Source of the DNA: Terriglobales bacterium
Lineage (GTDB): Bacteria > Acidobacteriota > Terriglobia > Terriglobales > SCQP01
NCBI GenBank assembly: GCA_050746125.1
Contig: JBOGKX010000052.1
Span: forward strand, 9,548 to 73,547
Direction: 5' to 3'
DNA: 64,000 bases
The notes below the pieces were generated by a model. It worked only from the letters and a program-made list of their open reading frames with translations. It made no database searches and was not told the origin of the DNA. A program made the position numbers and the translations under genes. Below are positions 27,255 to 35,886 of the stretch, piece after piece. Numbering within the stretch: the stretch's first letter is position 1; every line of letters begins with the position of its first letter.

Positions 27255-27390
27255 CCTGAATCATCCAGAGTGGCTGAGGGATCAGGCCCGAAGAAGCCAC
27301 GGCAACCGGTTTCCGGCGCGGCAGCAAAGCCGCAAGGAAACGTCGAGGTGCCAATTCCTGCCCAGATAGCGCTGGGGAAGATGAGATAGG
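27255..27390 (+). promoter_or_regulatory. SAM-I (S-box) riboswitch
   Basis: The conserved core reads in order: UCAUCCAGAGUGGCUGAGGGAUCAGGCCCGAAGAAGCCACGGCAACC ... GGUGCCAAUUCCUGCCCAGA ... GAAGAUGAGA. The P1 arms are UCAUC and GAUGA. Confidence 0.85.
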
Positions 27391-27416
27391 GGCTGAGCGA
27401 GCGACTTCAGCCATCC

Positions 27417-27443
27417 AACCCTCTTCTTCCGGAGAGGGTTTTT
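27417..27443 (+). terminator. intrinsic terminator of the riboswitch expression platform
   Basis: AACCCUCU (27417-27424) pairs with AGAGGGUU (27433-27440) and the sequence runs into UUUUU. GGAAGAUGAG (27376-27385) can pair 9/10 with CUCUUCUUCC (27421-27430) as an antiterminator. Confidence 0.7.
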
Positions 27444-27515
27444 CATTGCACCCTCGAAAACCTTGGGCGGAAATTCCTGAGCGCGGCCGGAACGCCGCGA
27501 GGAGAAGACCGCGAA

Positions 27516-28763
27516 ATGTCGTTTGAACTGGGGTTGCGATGTCGCGATTGCGGCCGGGAGTTCGCTTCCGGCCCCTTGTCAGGCTGCTCGGAGTGCTTTG
27601 CGCCGCTCGAAGTCGTCTATGACTGGCGGGCCATTGCCGGCGCGGTGCGGCGGGAAGAACTGGCGGCGCGGCCGGCCAACATGTGGCGCTACCGCGAGAT
27701 GCTGCCCTTGCACGTGCAAGGCGCGCTGCCGCCGATCGGCGGTACGCCCCTGGTGCCGGCGCCTCGGCTGGCGAGAGCCTTGGGGGCGCGGCAGCTTTAC
27801 ATCAAAAACGACGCCGTGAACTATCCCACCCTCTCGTTCAAGGACCGGGTGGTGGCGGTGGCGCTGCGCAAGGCGCGGGAGTTCGGTTTCGAGGTGGTGG
27901 CGTGCTCCTCGACCGGCAACTTGGCCAATGCGGTGGCAGCGCAAGCGGCGGCCTTGGGTCTAGCGGCCTACGTCTTCGTGCCTGCCGGCCTGGAGGCAGC
28001 CAAGGTGGCCAATACGCTGGTCTACGGCGCGCAAATGGTCCAAGTGGCTGGCAATTACGATCACGTCAACCGCCTCTGCACCGAAATTGCGCAGGCATTC
28101 CCGTGGGGCATCGTGAACGTAAACCTGCGGCCCTACTATGCCGAAGGTTCCAAAACCGTGGGCTATGAAATTGCGGAAGCGCTGCGCTGGCGGCTGCCGG
28201 CGGCGGTGGTCTGCCCCATGGCGGGCGGCTCGCTGATCGGCAAAATCGCCAAGGCGTTCTCGGAACTGCGCCAGTTGGGCTGGGCGGATGGTGAGGCCAG
28301 CTTCTTCGGCGCCCAGGCGAGCGGCTGCTCCCCGATCAGCGCGGCGGTGAAGGCGGGGCGCCAGGAAATCGAGCCGCAGCGGCCCAATACCATCGCCCGC
28401 TCCCTGGCCATTGGCAATCCCGCCGACGGATACTATGCCGCTCGCCTCATTCGCGAGAGCGGCGGCTGGGCCGAAGACGCCAGCGACACCGAGATCGTGG
28501 CCGGCATGCGCTTGTTGGCCGAAACCGAGGGCATCTTCGCGGAGACTGCCGGCGGCGTAACGGTGGCCTGCGCGCAAAAGCTGCTCGCCGGAGGTCGCAT
28601 CGACCCCAGCCAGCCGCTCGTACTGGTCATTACCGGCAACGGCCTCAAGACGCTCGACGCCGTTGCGCTCGACCGCGAGGCGGTTCCCACCATCGCGCCG
28701 CGATTGTCGGAGTTTCAGGCCTTCGTGGCCGCCGGGGCGCCGGCGGAGCCGCTAGCCGTTTAA
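27516..28763 (+). CDS. threonine synthase-family PLP enzyme with N-terminal Cys4 zinc ribbon (MetM-like candidate)
   Basis: CRDCG..17..CSEC sits at the N-terminus. The PLP-lysine motif is TLSFKDR, with a glycine-rich loop AGGSLIG. GGAG lies about 10 nt upstream of the ATG. Confidence 0.85.
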   Translation: MSFELGLRCRDCGREFASGPLSGCSECFAPLEVVYDWRAIAGAVRREELAARPANMWRYREMLPLHVQGALPPIGGTPLVPAPRLARALGARQLYIKNDAVNYPTLSFKDRVVAVALRKAREFGFEVVACSSTGNLANAVAAQAAALGLAAYVFVPAGLEAAKVANTLVYGAQMVQVAGNYDHVNRLCTEIAQAFPWGIVNVNLRPYYAEGSKTVGYEIAEALRWRLPAAVVCPMAGGSLIGKIAKAFSELRQLGWADGEASFFGAQASGCSPISAAVKAGRQEIEPQRPNTIARSLAIGNPADGYYAARLIRESGGWAEDASDTEIVAGMRLLAETEGIFAETAGGVTVACAQKLLAGGRIDPSQPLVLVITGNGLKTLDAVALDREAVPTIAPRLSEFQAFVAAGAPAEPLAV

Positions 28764-28771
28764 GCACAGCC

Positions 28772-29050
28772 ATGTACATTTTGCGCATTCCCGCTCCCTT
28801 GCAACGCTTCACCGGCGGCGCCGATCAACTCCGCTGTCAAGGCGAAAACTTGTCTGCCTTGATCGAGGAACTCAGCCGCCGCTACCCCGAACTGCGCGAG
28901 CGCATCTGCGAAGCCGACGGCCGCCCGCGCCGCTTCTTCAACGTGTATGTAAACGACGAGGACATCCGCTTCTTGGGCGGAGGCGAATACCGTTTCCGCG
29001 AGGGCGACGACGTCTTGATCTTGCCGTCTATCGCTGGCGGCCGAGCCTAG
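28772..29050 (+). CDS. MoaD/ThiS-family sulfur-carrier protein (MetO/CysO-like candidate)
   Basis: 92 aa, starting 8 nt after the thrC-like stop. It has a beta-grasp-like pattern and ends LILPSIAGGRA, a Gly-Gly followed by two extra residues. Confidence 0.8.
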   Translation: MYILRIPAPLQRFTGGADQLRCQGENLSALIEELSRRYPELRERICEADGRPRRFFNVYVNDEDIRFLGGGEYRFREGDDVLILPSIAGGRA

Positions 29051-29064
29051 AGCCGCGTTTTTCA

Positions 29065-29093
29065 TTGACGGTAAGACGCTCATTTGCTACGTT
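29065..29093 (+). promoter_or_regulatory. candidate sigma-70 promoter for the pdaD operon
   Basis: TTGACG (29065-29070), a 17-nt spacer, then TACGTT (29088-29093), in the 99-nt gap after the carrier gene. Confidence 0.35.
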
Positions 29094-29149
29094 TCAGGAT
29101 TGCCCGTCCGCAGTGTGCCCGGTCGCCGCGACGCGCGAGATTGCCTGAA

Positions 29150-29695
29150 ATGATCGCCAAGCAGATTTTCCTCTCCAAAGGGGTGGGGAAGCATCGCGAG
29201 CGCCTGACCAGCTTCGAGTTGGCGCTGCGCGACGCCGGCATCGCTGCCTGCAACCTAGTGCGGGTGTCGAGCATTTTTCCGCCGCGCTGCAAATTGGTCC
29301 CCCGGTCGGCCGGCTTGAAGCTGCTCAGTCCGGGAGAAGTGGTCTTCGCCGTCTTAAGCGAGAACTCGACGCGCGAGCCGCATCGCCTGATCGCCGCTTC
29401 GATTGGCCTGGCGCTGCCCGCCGACCGCGACACGTACGGTTATCTTTCCGAGCATCATTCATTCGGTGAGACCGAACAGCAGGCGGGCGAGTACGCCGAG
29501 GAGCTGGCGGCGGAGATGCTGGCTACGACGCTCAACGTGGATTTCGACCCCGACCGTTCCTGGGACGAAAAGAAAGAGATCTATCGCATTTCGAACAAGA
29601 TCGTCCGCACCACCAACATCACGCAATCGGCGGTGGGCGACAAGCGCGGGCTATGGACGACGGTCTTGGGTTGCGCGATTCTTATCGGCGAATAG
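29150..29695 (+). CDS. pdaD: pyruvoyl-dependent arginine decarboxylase
   Basis: 181 aa. The self-cleavage site context [11 protein letters not shown] and the overall pattern ([21 protein letters not shown]) match PvlArgDC. Confidence 0.85.
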   Translation: MIAKQIFLSKGVGKHRERLTSFELALRDAGIAACNLVRVSSIFPPRCKLVPRSAGLKLLSPGEVVFAVLSENSTREPHRLIAASIGLALPADRDTYGYLSEHHSFGETEQQAGEYAEELAAEMLATTLNVDFDPDRSWDEKKEIYRISNKIVRTTNITQSAVGDKRGLWTTVLGCAILIGE

Positions 29696-29702
29696 GCGCG
29701 GG

Positions 29703-29972
29703 GTGACGGTGCGCGGCGAAATTCTGACGCTGCTGGCGCAGCAAGGCGAGGCCGCGCCGGTGGATTTTCCGGCGATCTACATCTTGCTGAACACCGTCGC
29801 GGGCGGCCACTACGAAGAGCGCTTTGCCCATACGGATATCGAAGCGGCTCTGGCCGAGTTGTGCGCCGAGGGGGCGGTTGCGCTCCAGGAAGGGGATGCC
29901 AGCGCGATCTATCGCATCACTCCCTCCGGGCGGGCGCTATTGTCCGGCGAACGAAAGGGCAGCGAACGATGA
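29703..29972 (+). CDS. small hypothetical protein, possibly winged-helix
   Basis: GTG start 7 nt after the pdaD stop, 89 aa. Its stop overlaps the next ATG (ATGA), which argues that it is translated. AIYRITPSGRALL resembles a wing motif. Confidence 0.45.
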   Translation: MTVRGEILTLLAQQGEAAPVDFPAIYILLNTVAGGHYEERFAHTDIEAALAELCAEGAVALQEGDASAIYRITPSGRALLSGERKGSER

Positions 29973-30811
29973 ACCCGGACGCGAGGGTGCGGAGGCCGGC
30001 CCTGCCGACGCGAAACTGCCGCCGGCGCGCGCTCGGCGCGCGATGGCTGGCGCTGGCGGCTTGCGCCGCCTTGGCTGGGATCGCCGCCTGTATCCCCGCT
30101 TGCGGACAAGACAACTACGAGATCCAGGTCTACGGCGCCGACACCGTGGCGCCCGGCCACACCATGGTCGAGTTGCACAGTAACGTGGCGCTCGAGGGCA
30201 ACAGCGACAGCGCAATTCGGCCCACCACCAACGCCTTCCACGAAACGATCGAGATTACCCACGGTTTCAACTCCTGGTTCGAGACCGGCTTCTATATCTT
30301 CACCAGCCTGCGCAGCGGCGACGGCTGGGACTGGGTCGGCGATCACATCCGGCCCCGTTTCCGGGTGCCGGAGAGTTGGCACTGGCCGGTGGGGGTCAGC
30401 ATCTCCAACGAGATTGGCTACCAAAGACGAGCCTTTTCAGCCGACACCTGGACCTGGGAAATTCGCCCCATCGTGGACAAGCAGATGGGGCGATGGTATT
30501 GGTCGTTCAATCCCTCCTTCGACCGCTCGTTTCATGGCGCCAACGTGCACCAAGGATTGGTATTCTCGCCCAATTTCGAAATCAGCTACGACTTCAGCCA
30601 TTTCATCAACGGAGCACTGGAATACTATGGGTCTTTAGGGCCGATCACCGGCTTCGATCCGCTGGCGGAGCAGCAGCAGCAGATTTTTCCCGCCGTCAAC
30701 CTGAACTTCTCGCCGAAATGGGAGTTCAACGCCGGCATAGGGGTGGGCATGACCCGTGGCACCGACCATCTGATCGCGAAGATGATTCTCGGCTATCGCT
30801 TCGATTTTTAG
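29969..30811 (+). CDS. outer-membrane beta-barrel protein (hypothetical)
   Basis: It has a signal peptide, alternating aromatic/polar beta-strand patterning, and a C-terminal ..MILGYRFDF with the terminal Phe typical of OMPs. Confidence 0.6.
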   Translation: MNPDARVRRPALPTRNCRRRALGARWLALAACAALAGIAACIPACGQDNYEIQVYGADTVAPGHTMVELHSNVALEGNSDSAIRPTTNAFHETIEITHGFNSWFETGFYIFTSLRSGDGWDWVGDHIRPRFRVPESWHWPVGVSISNEIGYQRRAFSADTWTWEIRPIVDKQMGRWYWSFNPSFDRSFHGANVHQGLVFSPNFEISYDFSHFINGALEYYGSLGPITGFDPLAEQQQQIFPAVNLNFSPKWEFNAGIGVGMTRGTDHLIAKMILGYRFDF

Positions 30812-30884
30812 CGCATTGCGATCGGCCATCCCGGTCGAAACCGCGGCACTCCCATGAAGGAGGAGGCGAGAAGGGAGACTTTTC

Positions 30885-31880
30885 TTGACGAGCGCCGATC
30901 TTACCGCGGCTCTAGCTGGCGCTCGCATCCTGGTCATTGACGACGACGAAGCCGGACGGCAGCTGACCATTGACATGCTCGCGCTGCACGGCTTTACGGT
31001 CGAGGGAGCCGGCGACGCCGCCTCGGGCCGGAATCGGATCGCCGAGCAGCCCCCGGAATTGATCCTGCTCGACGTGGTGCTGCCGGATCAAAGCGGCATC
31101 GCCCTGTGCCGGCAACTGAAGGAGAGCCCGCGCACGCGGCTGATCCCGGTAATCCTGATCACCGGCTTGACGGACCGGCAATCGAAGCTGGCGGGCATCG
31201 GGGTGGGAGCCGACGATTTCCTGAACAAGCCCATGGATCCGCAAGAGCTCTTCGCGCGCGTGCAGAGCTTATTGCGGCTGAAGCGCTTTACCGACGAACT
31301 GGAGAACGCCGAGGACGTGCTATTTTCATTGGCGCTGGGCGTCGAGGCGCGGGATAGCTACACGCAAGGCCATTGCGAACGGCTGGCCAGCTACGCCGCC
31401 GCGCTGGGGCGGCGCTTGCAGCTGCCGGAGGACGACATCGTGGCCCTGCGCCGCGCCGGCGTGCTGCACGACATCGGCAAGATCGGCGTGCCGGATGCGA
31501 TTTTGCGCAAGCCGGGCGGGTTGACGCCGGATGAATGGGAAATTATGCGCCGCCACCCCGTGCTCGGCGAACAAATCTGTCATCCGCTCCGCTCGCTGTC
31601 GCGCGTCCTGCCGGTGATCCGCTATCACCACGAGCATTGGAATGGGCAGGGCTATCCGGAGGGGCTGCGGGCGGATCAAATTCCGCTGCTAGCGCGCATT
31701 CTGCAAGTCGTGGACGCCTACGACGCGCTTACCACCGAGCGTCCCTACAAACCCGCCTGGCCGCGCCAGCGCGCCCTGGCGCAGTTGCGGGCGGAGGTGG
31801 AGATGGAATGGTGGGATGCCGCCGTCGTCTCCGCCTTTCTACACATGATCGAAGAGGATGGCGCCGGTTGGACCGCATGA
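30885..31880 (+). CDS. response regulator with HD-GYP phosphodiesterase domain (RpfG-like)
   Basis: The REC domain (ILVIDDDE...LILLDVVLPDQSG) is followed by HD...HHEHWNGQGYP. The start is TTG with GGGAG 7 nt upstream. Confidence 0.85.
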   Translation: MTSADLTAALAGARILVIDDDEAGRQLTIDMLALHGFTVEGAGDAASGRNRIAEQPPELILLDVVLPDQSGIALCRQLKESPRTRLIPVILITGLTDRQSKLAGIGVGADDFLNKPMDPQELFARVQSLLRLKRFTDELENAEDVLFSLALGVEARDSYTQGHCERLASYAAALGRRLQLPEDDIVALRRAGVLHDIGKIGVPDAILRKPGGLTPDEWEIMRRHPVLGEQICHPLRSLSRVLPVIRYHHEHWNGQGYPEGLRADQIPLLARILQVVDAYDALTTERPYKPAWPRQRALAQLRAEVEMEWWDAAVVSAFLHMIEEDGAGWTA

Positions 31881-32653
31881 CCGCCTCGCCTCTCGCGCCC
31901 GAGGCGCCCGAATTGAGCGTCGTAATCCCTGCCTTCAACGAAGAAAAGCGCCTGGGCCGAACCTTGCTGGAGGTGGACGAGTATTGCCGCTCGCGCCGGC
32001 TGGTGGCCGAGATCGTCGTGGTTAACGACGGCTCGAGCGACGGCACCGGCCCGCTCGCGCGCGCTTTCGCCGCGCGGCAACCAGTGCGGGTGCTCGACAA
32101 TCCCGGCAATCGCGGCAAGGGCTATAGCGTCCGGCACGGCATGCAAGCGGCGCGGGGCCGCGAAATCCTGTTCACCGACGCGGACCTTTCCGCGCCCATC
32201 TCCGAAGTCGAGAAGTTGCGCGCCGCCCTGGCGCAAGACGCCGACATCGCCATCGGCAGCCGCGCCCGGCGCGAACTCATTCACGCCCGCCAGGGCCGTT
32301 TCCGGGAGATGTCCGGTCGGCTCTTCAACTGGCTGGTGGTGGCGATGTTGGGGCTGCGCTTCAAGGACACGCAGTGCGGCTTCAAGCTCTTTCGCCGCGA
32401 GGCGGCCGAGGCGATTCTGCCCCTGCAGCGGGTGGAGGGTTGGGGTTTCGATCCCGAGATGCTCTACCTGGCGCGGCGGCGTGGCTTGCGCGTGGTGGAG
32501 GTGCCGGTCCTCTGGTCGCATGCCGAAGGCGCGAAGATTCACTTGCTGCGCGACGGCGCGCGCATGTTCCTCGACGTGCTGCGCATCCGCTGGAACGCGC
32601 TGCGCGGCCGCTATTCGGAAAAGGCGCCACCGCGCTCCGCCTCCGCGGCCTAG
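31877..32653 (+). CDS. family 2 glycosyltransferase (dolichyl/polyprenyl-phosphate glycosyltransferase-like)
   Basis: LSVVIPAFNEEKRLG...VVVNDGSSDGT...FTDADLS. The ATG overlaps the upstream stop (ATGA). Confidence 0.85.
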   Translation: MTASPLAPEAPELSVVIPAFNEEKRLGRTLLEVDEYCRSRRLVAEIVVVNDGSSDGTGPLARAFAARQPVRVLDNPGNRGKGYSVRHGMQAARGREILFTDADLSAPISEVEKLRAALAQDADIAIGSRARRELIHARQGRFREMSGRLFNWLVVAMLGLRFKDTQCGFKLFRREAAEAILPLQRVEGWGFDPEMLYLARRRGLRVVEVPVLWSHAEGAKIHLLRDGARMFLDVLRIRWNALRGRYSEKAPPRSASAA

Positions 32654-33015
32654 CGCTCGCCGCGCGGCGACCGCAGGTAAGCGTCGCTCTTGTCCAGCCA
32701 GTCGGCGCGCGGCGGGGTGAAGATGTCGAGGTCCAGCGTGTCTTCGACCGCCTCGGCTTGATGGGGAAGATGCGAGGGAATGGTCAGCACCTCGCCGGCC
32801 CGCACCATGATTTCGCGTCCCTCGATCTCGAAGCGCAATGCCCCCTCCAGGATGTACGTCACCTGCTCGTTGGCGTGGCTGTGGCGGGGGACGATAGCGC
32901 CTTTGCGCAAGAAAATCCGTGCCACCATCAGCGCTTCGCCAACGATCAATTGGCGGTCGAAGAGGGGATTCACCGGTTCGGATTCGACTTCATCCCAGCG
33001 ATAGTGGTTGAGCAT
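32650..33015 (-). CDS. cupin domain protein
   Basis: 121 aa. The cupin motifs are PRHSHANEQVTYILEG and GEVLTIPSHLPH. Confidence 0.8.
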   Translation of the reverse strand: MLNHYRWDEVESEPVNPLFDRQLIVGEALMVARIFLRKGAIVPRHSHANEQVTYILEGALRFEIEGREIMVRAGEVLTIPSHLPHQAEAVEDTLDLDIFTPPRADWLDKSDAYLRSPRGER

Positions 33016-33119
33016 GCGCTCATGCTACGCGATAGCCGCGACCATCGGGAGCGGCGTCAAGAAAATGGCCGGCCCCGCCGCCTGCCGCCGTGGCCGGTCG
33101 GCTCGGTCAGGTTCTAAAT

Positions 33120-33614
33120 TCATCCGCTTTGTTTGGCCAGCACCAGCACTTCGCCGTCGGTGAGGGAACGCAAATAGAGCAGGCCGCCCGCGTAATTTGC
33201 CTGCCAATGCTCGTGGCTCAGGCGCGGATCGCCGGGACCGATGGCGATCAAATCGCCTTCGATGCGGTAATCGAGCTGGCTGGACTTGCCTTCGTCGGAA
33301 AGCGTGAGCGTAGCGCCGCCCGCCCGCGGCGGAGCGAAGGCCCATTGCCGCCAGCCGGCCACGCCCGCCACGTCGGCGGCGCGCCTCACCAGATTGCCGG
33401 CGTAGGTGGAAGATTGCGGCTGCAGCGTGGCGCGCACGTGCCAAGTGCCGGGCAGGATGCGGCTCCACTCGGCAACCGCGACCGGAGCGGTAGCCAAAGG
33501 GCGGCTGCCGGGCGGAATAAGAAACGCCGAGGCGCAGCCGGCCAGCAGCGTCCCCGCCAGCCCGGCCCAGGCCAAGCCGCCCGCCCGCTTAATGTTTGTA
33601 GATGCGGCGGACAT
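33120..33614 (-). CDS. hypothetical lipoprotein
   Basis: The internal ATG gives a lipobox (GTLLAGCAS). The start overlaps the rel 3' end by 26 nt, so the start position is uncertain. Confidence 0.5.
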   Translation of the reverse strand: MSAASTNIKRAGGLAWAGLAGTLLAGCASAFLIPPGSRPLATAPVAVAEWSRILPGTWHVRATLQPQSSTYAGNLVRRAADVAGVAGWRQWAFAPPRAGGATLTLSDEGKSSQLDYRIEGDLIAIGPGDPRLSHEHWQANYAGGLLYLRSLTDGEVLVLAKQSG

Positions 33615-35769
33615 CGTGAACGCCGGGAATCTTCTTGAGGCCCGCTTGGATGGCCTGCAATTGGCCAAGGTCGCGCACGTCGACTTCCACGTCAATGCTG
33701 GCTTGGCCGGCGCCGGTGTGAGCGGCGATGGTGCGAATATTGGCGCTGCTTTCCGAGATTACGGCGGTGATGGCGTTGAGCATGCCGGCGCGATCGTCCG
33801 TGTAGATGGCCAGCTTGACCGGCTGCGGCTCCTCGGCTTGCGGCGTCCACCCCACGTCGATGCGGCGGTCGGACTGATAGAGCAAGTTCTGGACGTTGGT
33901 GCATTGCTCGGCATGCACAGCCACGCCGCGGCCGCGCGTGATGTAGCCCACGATGGCCTCCCCGTGCACGGGATTGCAGCAGCGGGCGCGATAGACCATG
34001 AGATCGCTGAAACCGCGCACCAGAATCGGCTCTCCGGCGGCGGCGGCACGGCGGGCGGGCGAGCGGGGCGGGCCGGCCAAGGCGGCGCGCTGCTCGGCCG
34101 GCACGAGCCGCGCCAGCACTTGCCGGGCGGAGAGTTTGCCGTAGCCGATGGCGGCGTAGACGTCCTCGGAGCGTAGGAAGCCGTATTCCTGGCCGACGCG
34201 CGCCCAATCGGCCTCCTTGTAGGGCTTGAGCGAGATCTCGTGGCGGCGGGCGTCGCGCTCCAGCGCGCGGCGGCCGATCTCGACGGCGCGGCGGCGCTCG
34301 TTGAGGTTGATCCAATGCTTGATCTTATGCCGCGCCCGCGAGGTCTTGACGAAAGCCAGCCAGTCGCGGTTGGGCACATGCCCAGGCTGCGTCAGAATCT
34401 CCAGAATGTCGCCGCTCTGCACCAAGTAGCGCAGCGATACCATGCGCCCGTTGACCTTGGCTCCGACGCAGCGATTGCCTACCTCGGTGTGGATGGCATA
34501 GGCGAAGTCCACCGCGGTGGCGTCGCGTGGCAGCCGGATGATCTGCCCCTTCGGCGTGAAGGCGAAGACCTCTTCCGGATGGAGGTCCACCTTCAGCGTG
34601 GCCAGGAACTCGGCCGGGTCTCGCATCTCGCGTTGCCACTCGACTACGCGGCGCAGCCAGGCGATGCGCTCGTCCTCGCTCTCGGGAGCGAGCTGGCCGT
34701 CCTTGTACTTCCAGTGGGCGGCGATGCCTTCTTCCGCCTTGCGATGCATCTCTTGGGTGCGAATCTGCGCCTCGAAGGGCTGACCGGATTCGTGAATTAC
34801 CGACGTATGCAGGCTCTGATAGCCATTCGGGCGCGGGATGGCGATGAAATCCTTGATGCGCCCCGGCACCGGATGCCAAGTATTGTGGATCACCCCCAGC
34901 GCCGCGTAGCAGTCTCGCACCGAGTGGGTGATGATGCGCAGCGCCAGCAGATCGTAAACCTGGTCGATCTCGATCGCTTGCCGCTGCAGCTTCTGCCAAA
35001 TGCTGTAAATGCGCTTGACGCGGCCTTCCACCTCGCAGCGGATCTCGTGCTTGGCCAAAACCTGCTCGATGCGCTGGCGCACCTGCGCTAAAAACTCTTC
35101 ACTGACCTTGCGGCGATTCTCGACCGCCTGCCGCACCTGATCGTAAGCTTCGGGCTCGAGATAGCTGAAGGCCAGGTCCTCGAGTTCGCCGCGCATCTTG
35201 CCCATGCCCAGGCGGTGCGCCAGCGGCGCATAAATTTCCATGGTCTCGAGCGCGACGGCCCGCTGGCGGTCGGCGGGCAAAGCGCGCAGCGTCCGCATGT
35301 TATGCAGGCGGTCGGCCAGCTTGATGAGGATGACGCGGATGTCATCGACCATCGCCAGCAGCATCTTGCGCACGTTTTCGGCCTGGCGCGCGCCCTGGTT
35401 GAAGAAATCGAGGCGGTCGATCTTGGTGACGCCCTCGACCAGATGGGCCACCACGGGGCCGAAGCTGGCGCGAATCTGCTCGCTCGTCGCCGGGGTATCC
35501 TCCACCGCGTCGTGGAGCAGGCCGGCGGAGATGCATGCCACGTCCATGCGCATTTCGTGCAAAATCGAGGCCACCGCCAGAGGATGCAAAATAAACGCTT
35601 CCCCGGAGCGGCGCGTCTGGTGCTCGTGTTGTCGCAGCGAGAACTGATAGGCGCGTTCCAAGAGCTCGAGCGACTCGTGCGGGCGCGCCTTCGCCACGCG
35701 CGCCGCCAGGGCGCGAAAAGCGGCCTCGGCGGGGTTGGAAGAGGTGAGGGTGGAATCGAGCGGTGGCAC
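33589..35769 (-). CDS. rel: bifunctional (p)ppGpp synthetase/hydrolase (RelA/SpoT homolog)
   Basis: 726 aa with the HD hydrolase (HPLAVASIL...LLHDAVEDT), the synthetase domain (YQSLHTSV), and TGS and C-terminal ACT regions. Confidence 0.95.
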   Translation of the reverse strand: MPPLDSTLTSSNPAEAAFRALAARVAKARPHESLELLERAYQFSLRQHEHQTRRSGEAFILHPLAVASILHEMRMDVACISAGLLHDAVEDTPATSEQIRASFGPVVAHLVEGVTKIDRLDFFNQGARQAENVRKMLLAMVDDIRVILIKLADRLHNMRTLRALPADRQRAVALETMEIYAPLAHRLGMGKMRGELEDLAFSYLEPEAYDQVRQAVENRRKVSEEFLAQVRQRIEQVLAKHEIRCEVEGRVKRIYSIWQKLQRQAIEIDQVYDLLALRIITHSVRDCYAALGVIHNTWHPVPGRIKDFIAIPRPNGYQSLHTSVIHESGQPFEAQIRTQEMHRKAEEGIAAHWKYKDGQLAPESEDERIAWLRRVVEWQREMRDPAEFLATLKVDLHPEEVFAFTPKGQIIRLPRDATAVDFAYAIHTEVGNRCVGAKVNGRMVSLRYLVQSGDILEILTQPGHVPNRDWLAFVKTSRARHKIKHWINLNERRRAVEIGRRALERDARRHEISLKPYKEADWARVGQEYGFLRSEDVYAAIGYGKLSARQVLARLVPAEQRAALAGPPRSPARRAAAAGEPILVRGFSDLMVYRARCCNPVHGEAIVGYITRGRGVAVHAEQCTNVQNLLYQSDRRIDVGWTPQAEEPQPVKLAIYTDDRAGMLNAITAVISESSANIRTIAAHTGAGQASIDVEVDVRDLGQLQAIQAGLKKIPGVHDVRRIYKH

Positions 35770-35886
35770 GAGAGCCTGCGGCGGGCGCCGCCGCGCGCGA
35801 CCAGGTAACTTGCCCGCTACCGGCCTTGGGCGGTGGCGCCCAGGTCCTAGCCCTTATTATAAAGTCCGGAGCCCAAACGAAGCTGC

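Noticed and set aside
27201-27389. 62-aa plus-strand ORF
   Set aside because: It lies entirely over the SAM-I riboswitch and its leader. The RNA element explains the conservation-like structure better than a peptide does.
27097-27414. 106-aa N-terminal extension of the NagB-like ORF
   Set aside because: The extension is low-complexity and runs antisense through the riboswitch. The family-typical start MPSPNLHLRVV lies at 27096.
32650-32653. Convergent genes sharing the palindromic CTAG as both stop codons
   Set aside because: This is real but trivial: a 4-nt convergent overlap with no obvious functional implication.
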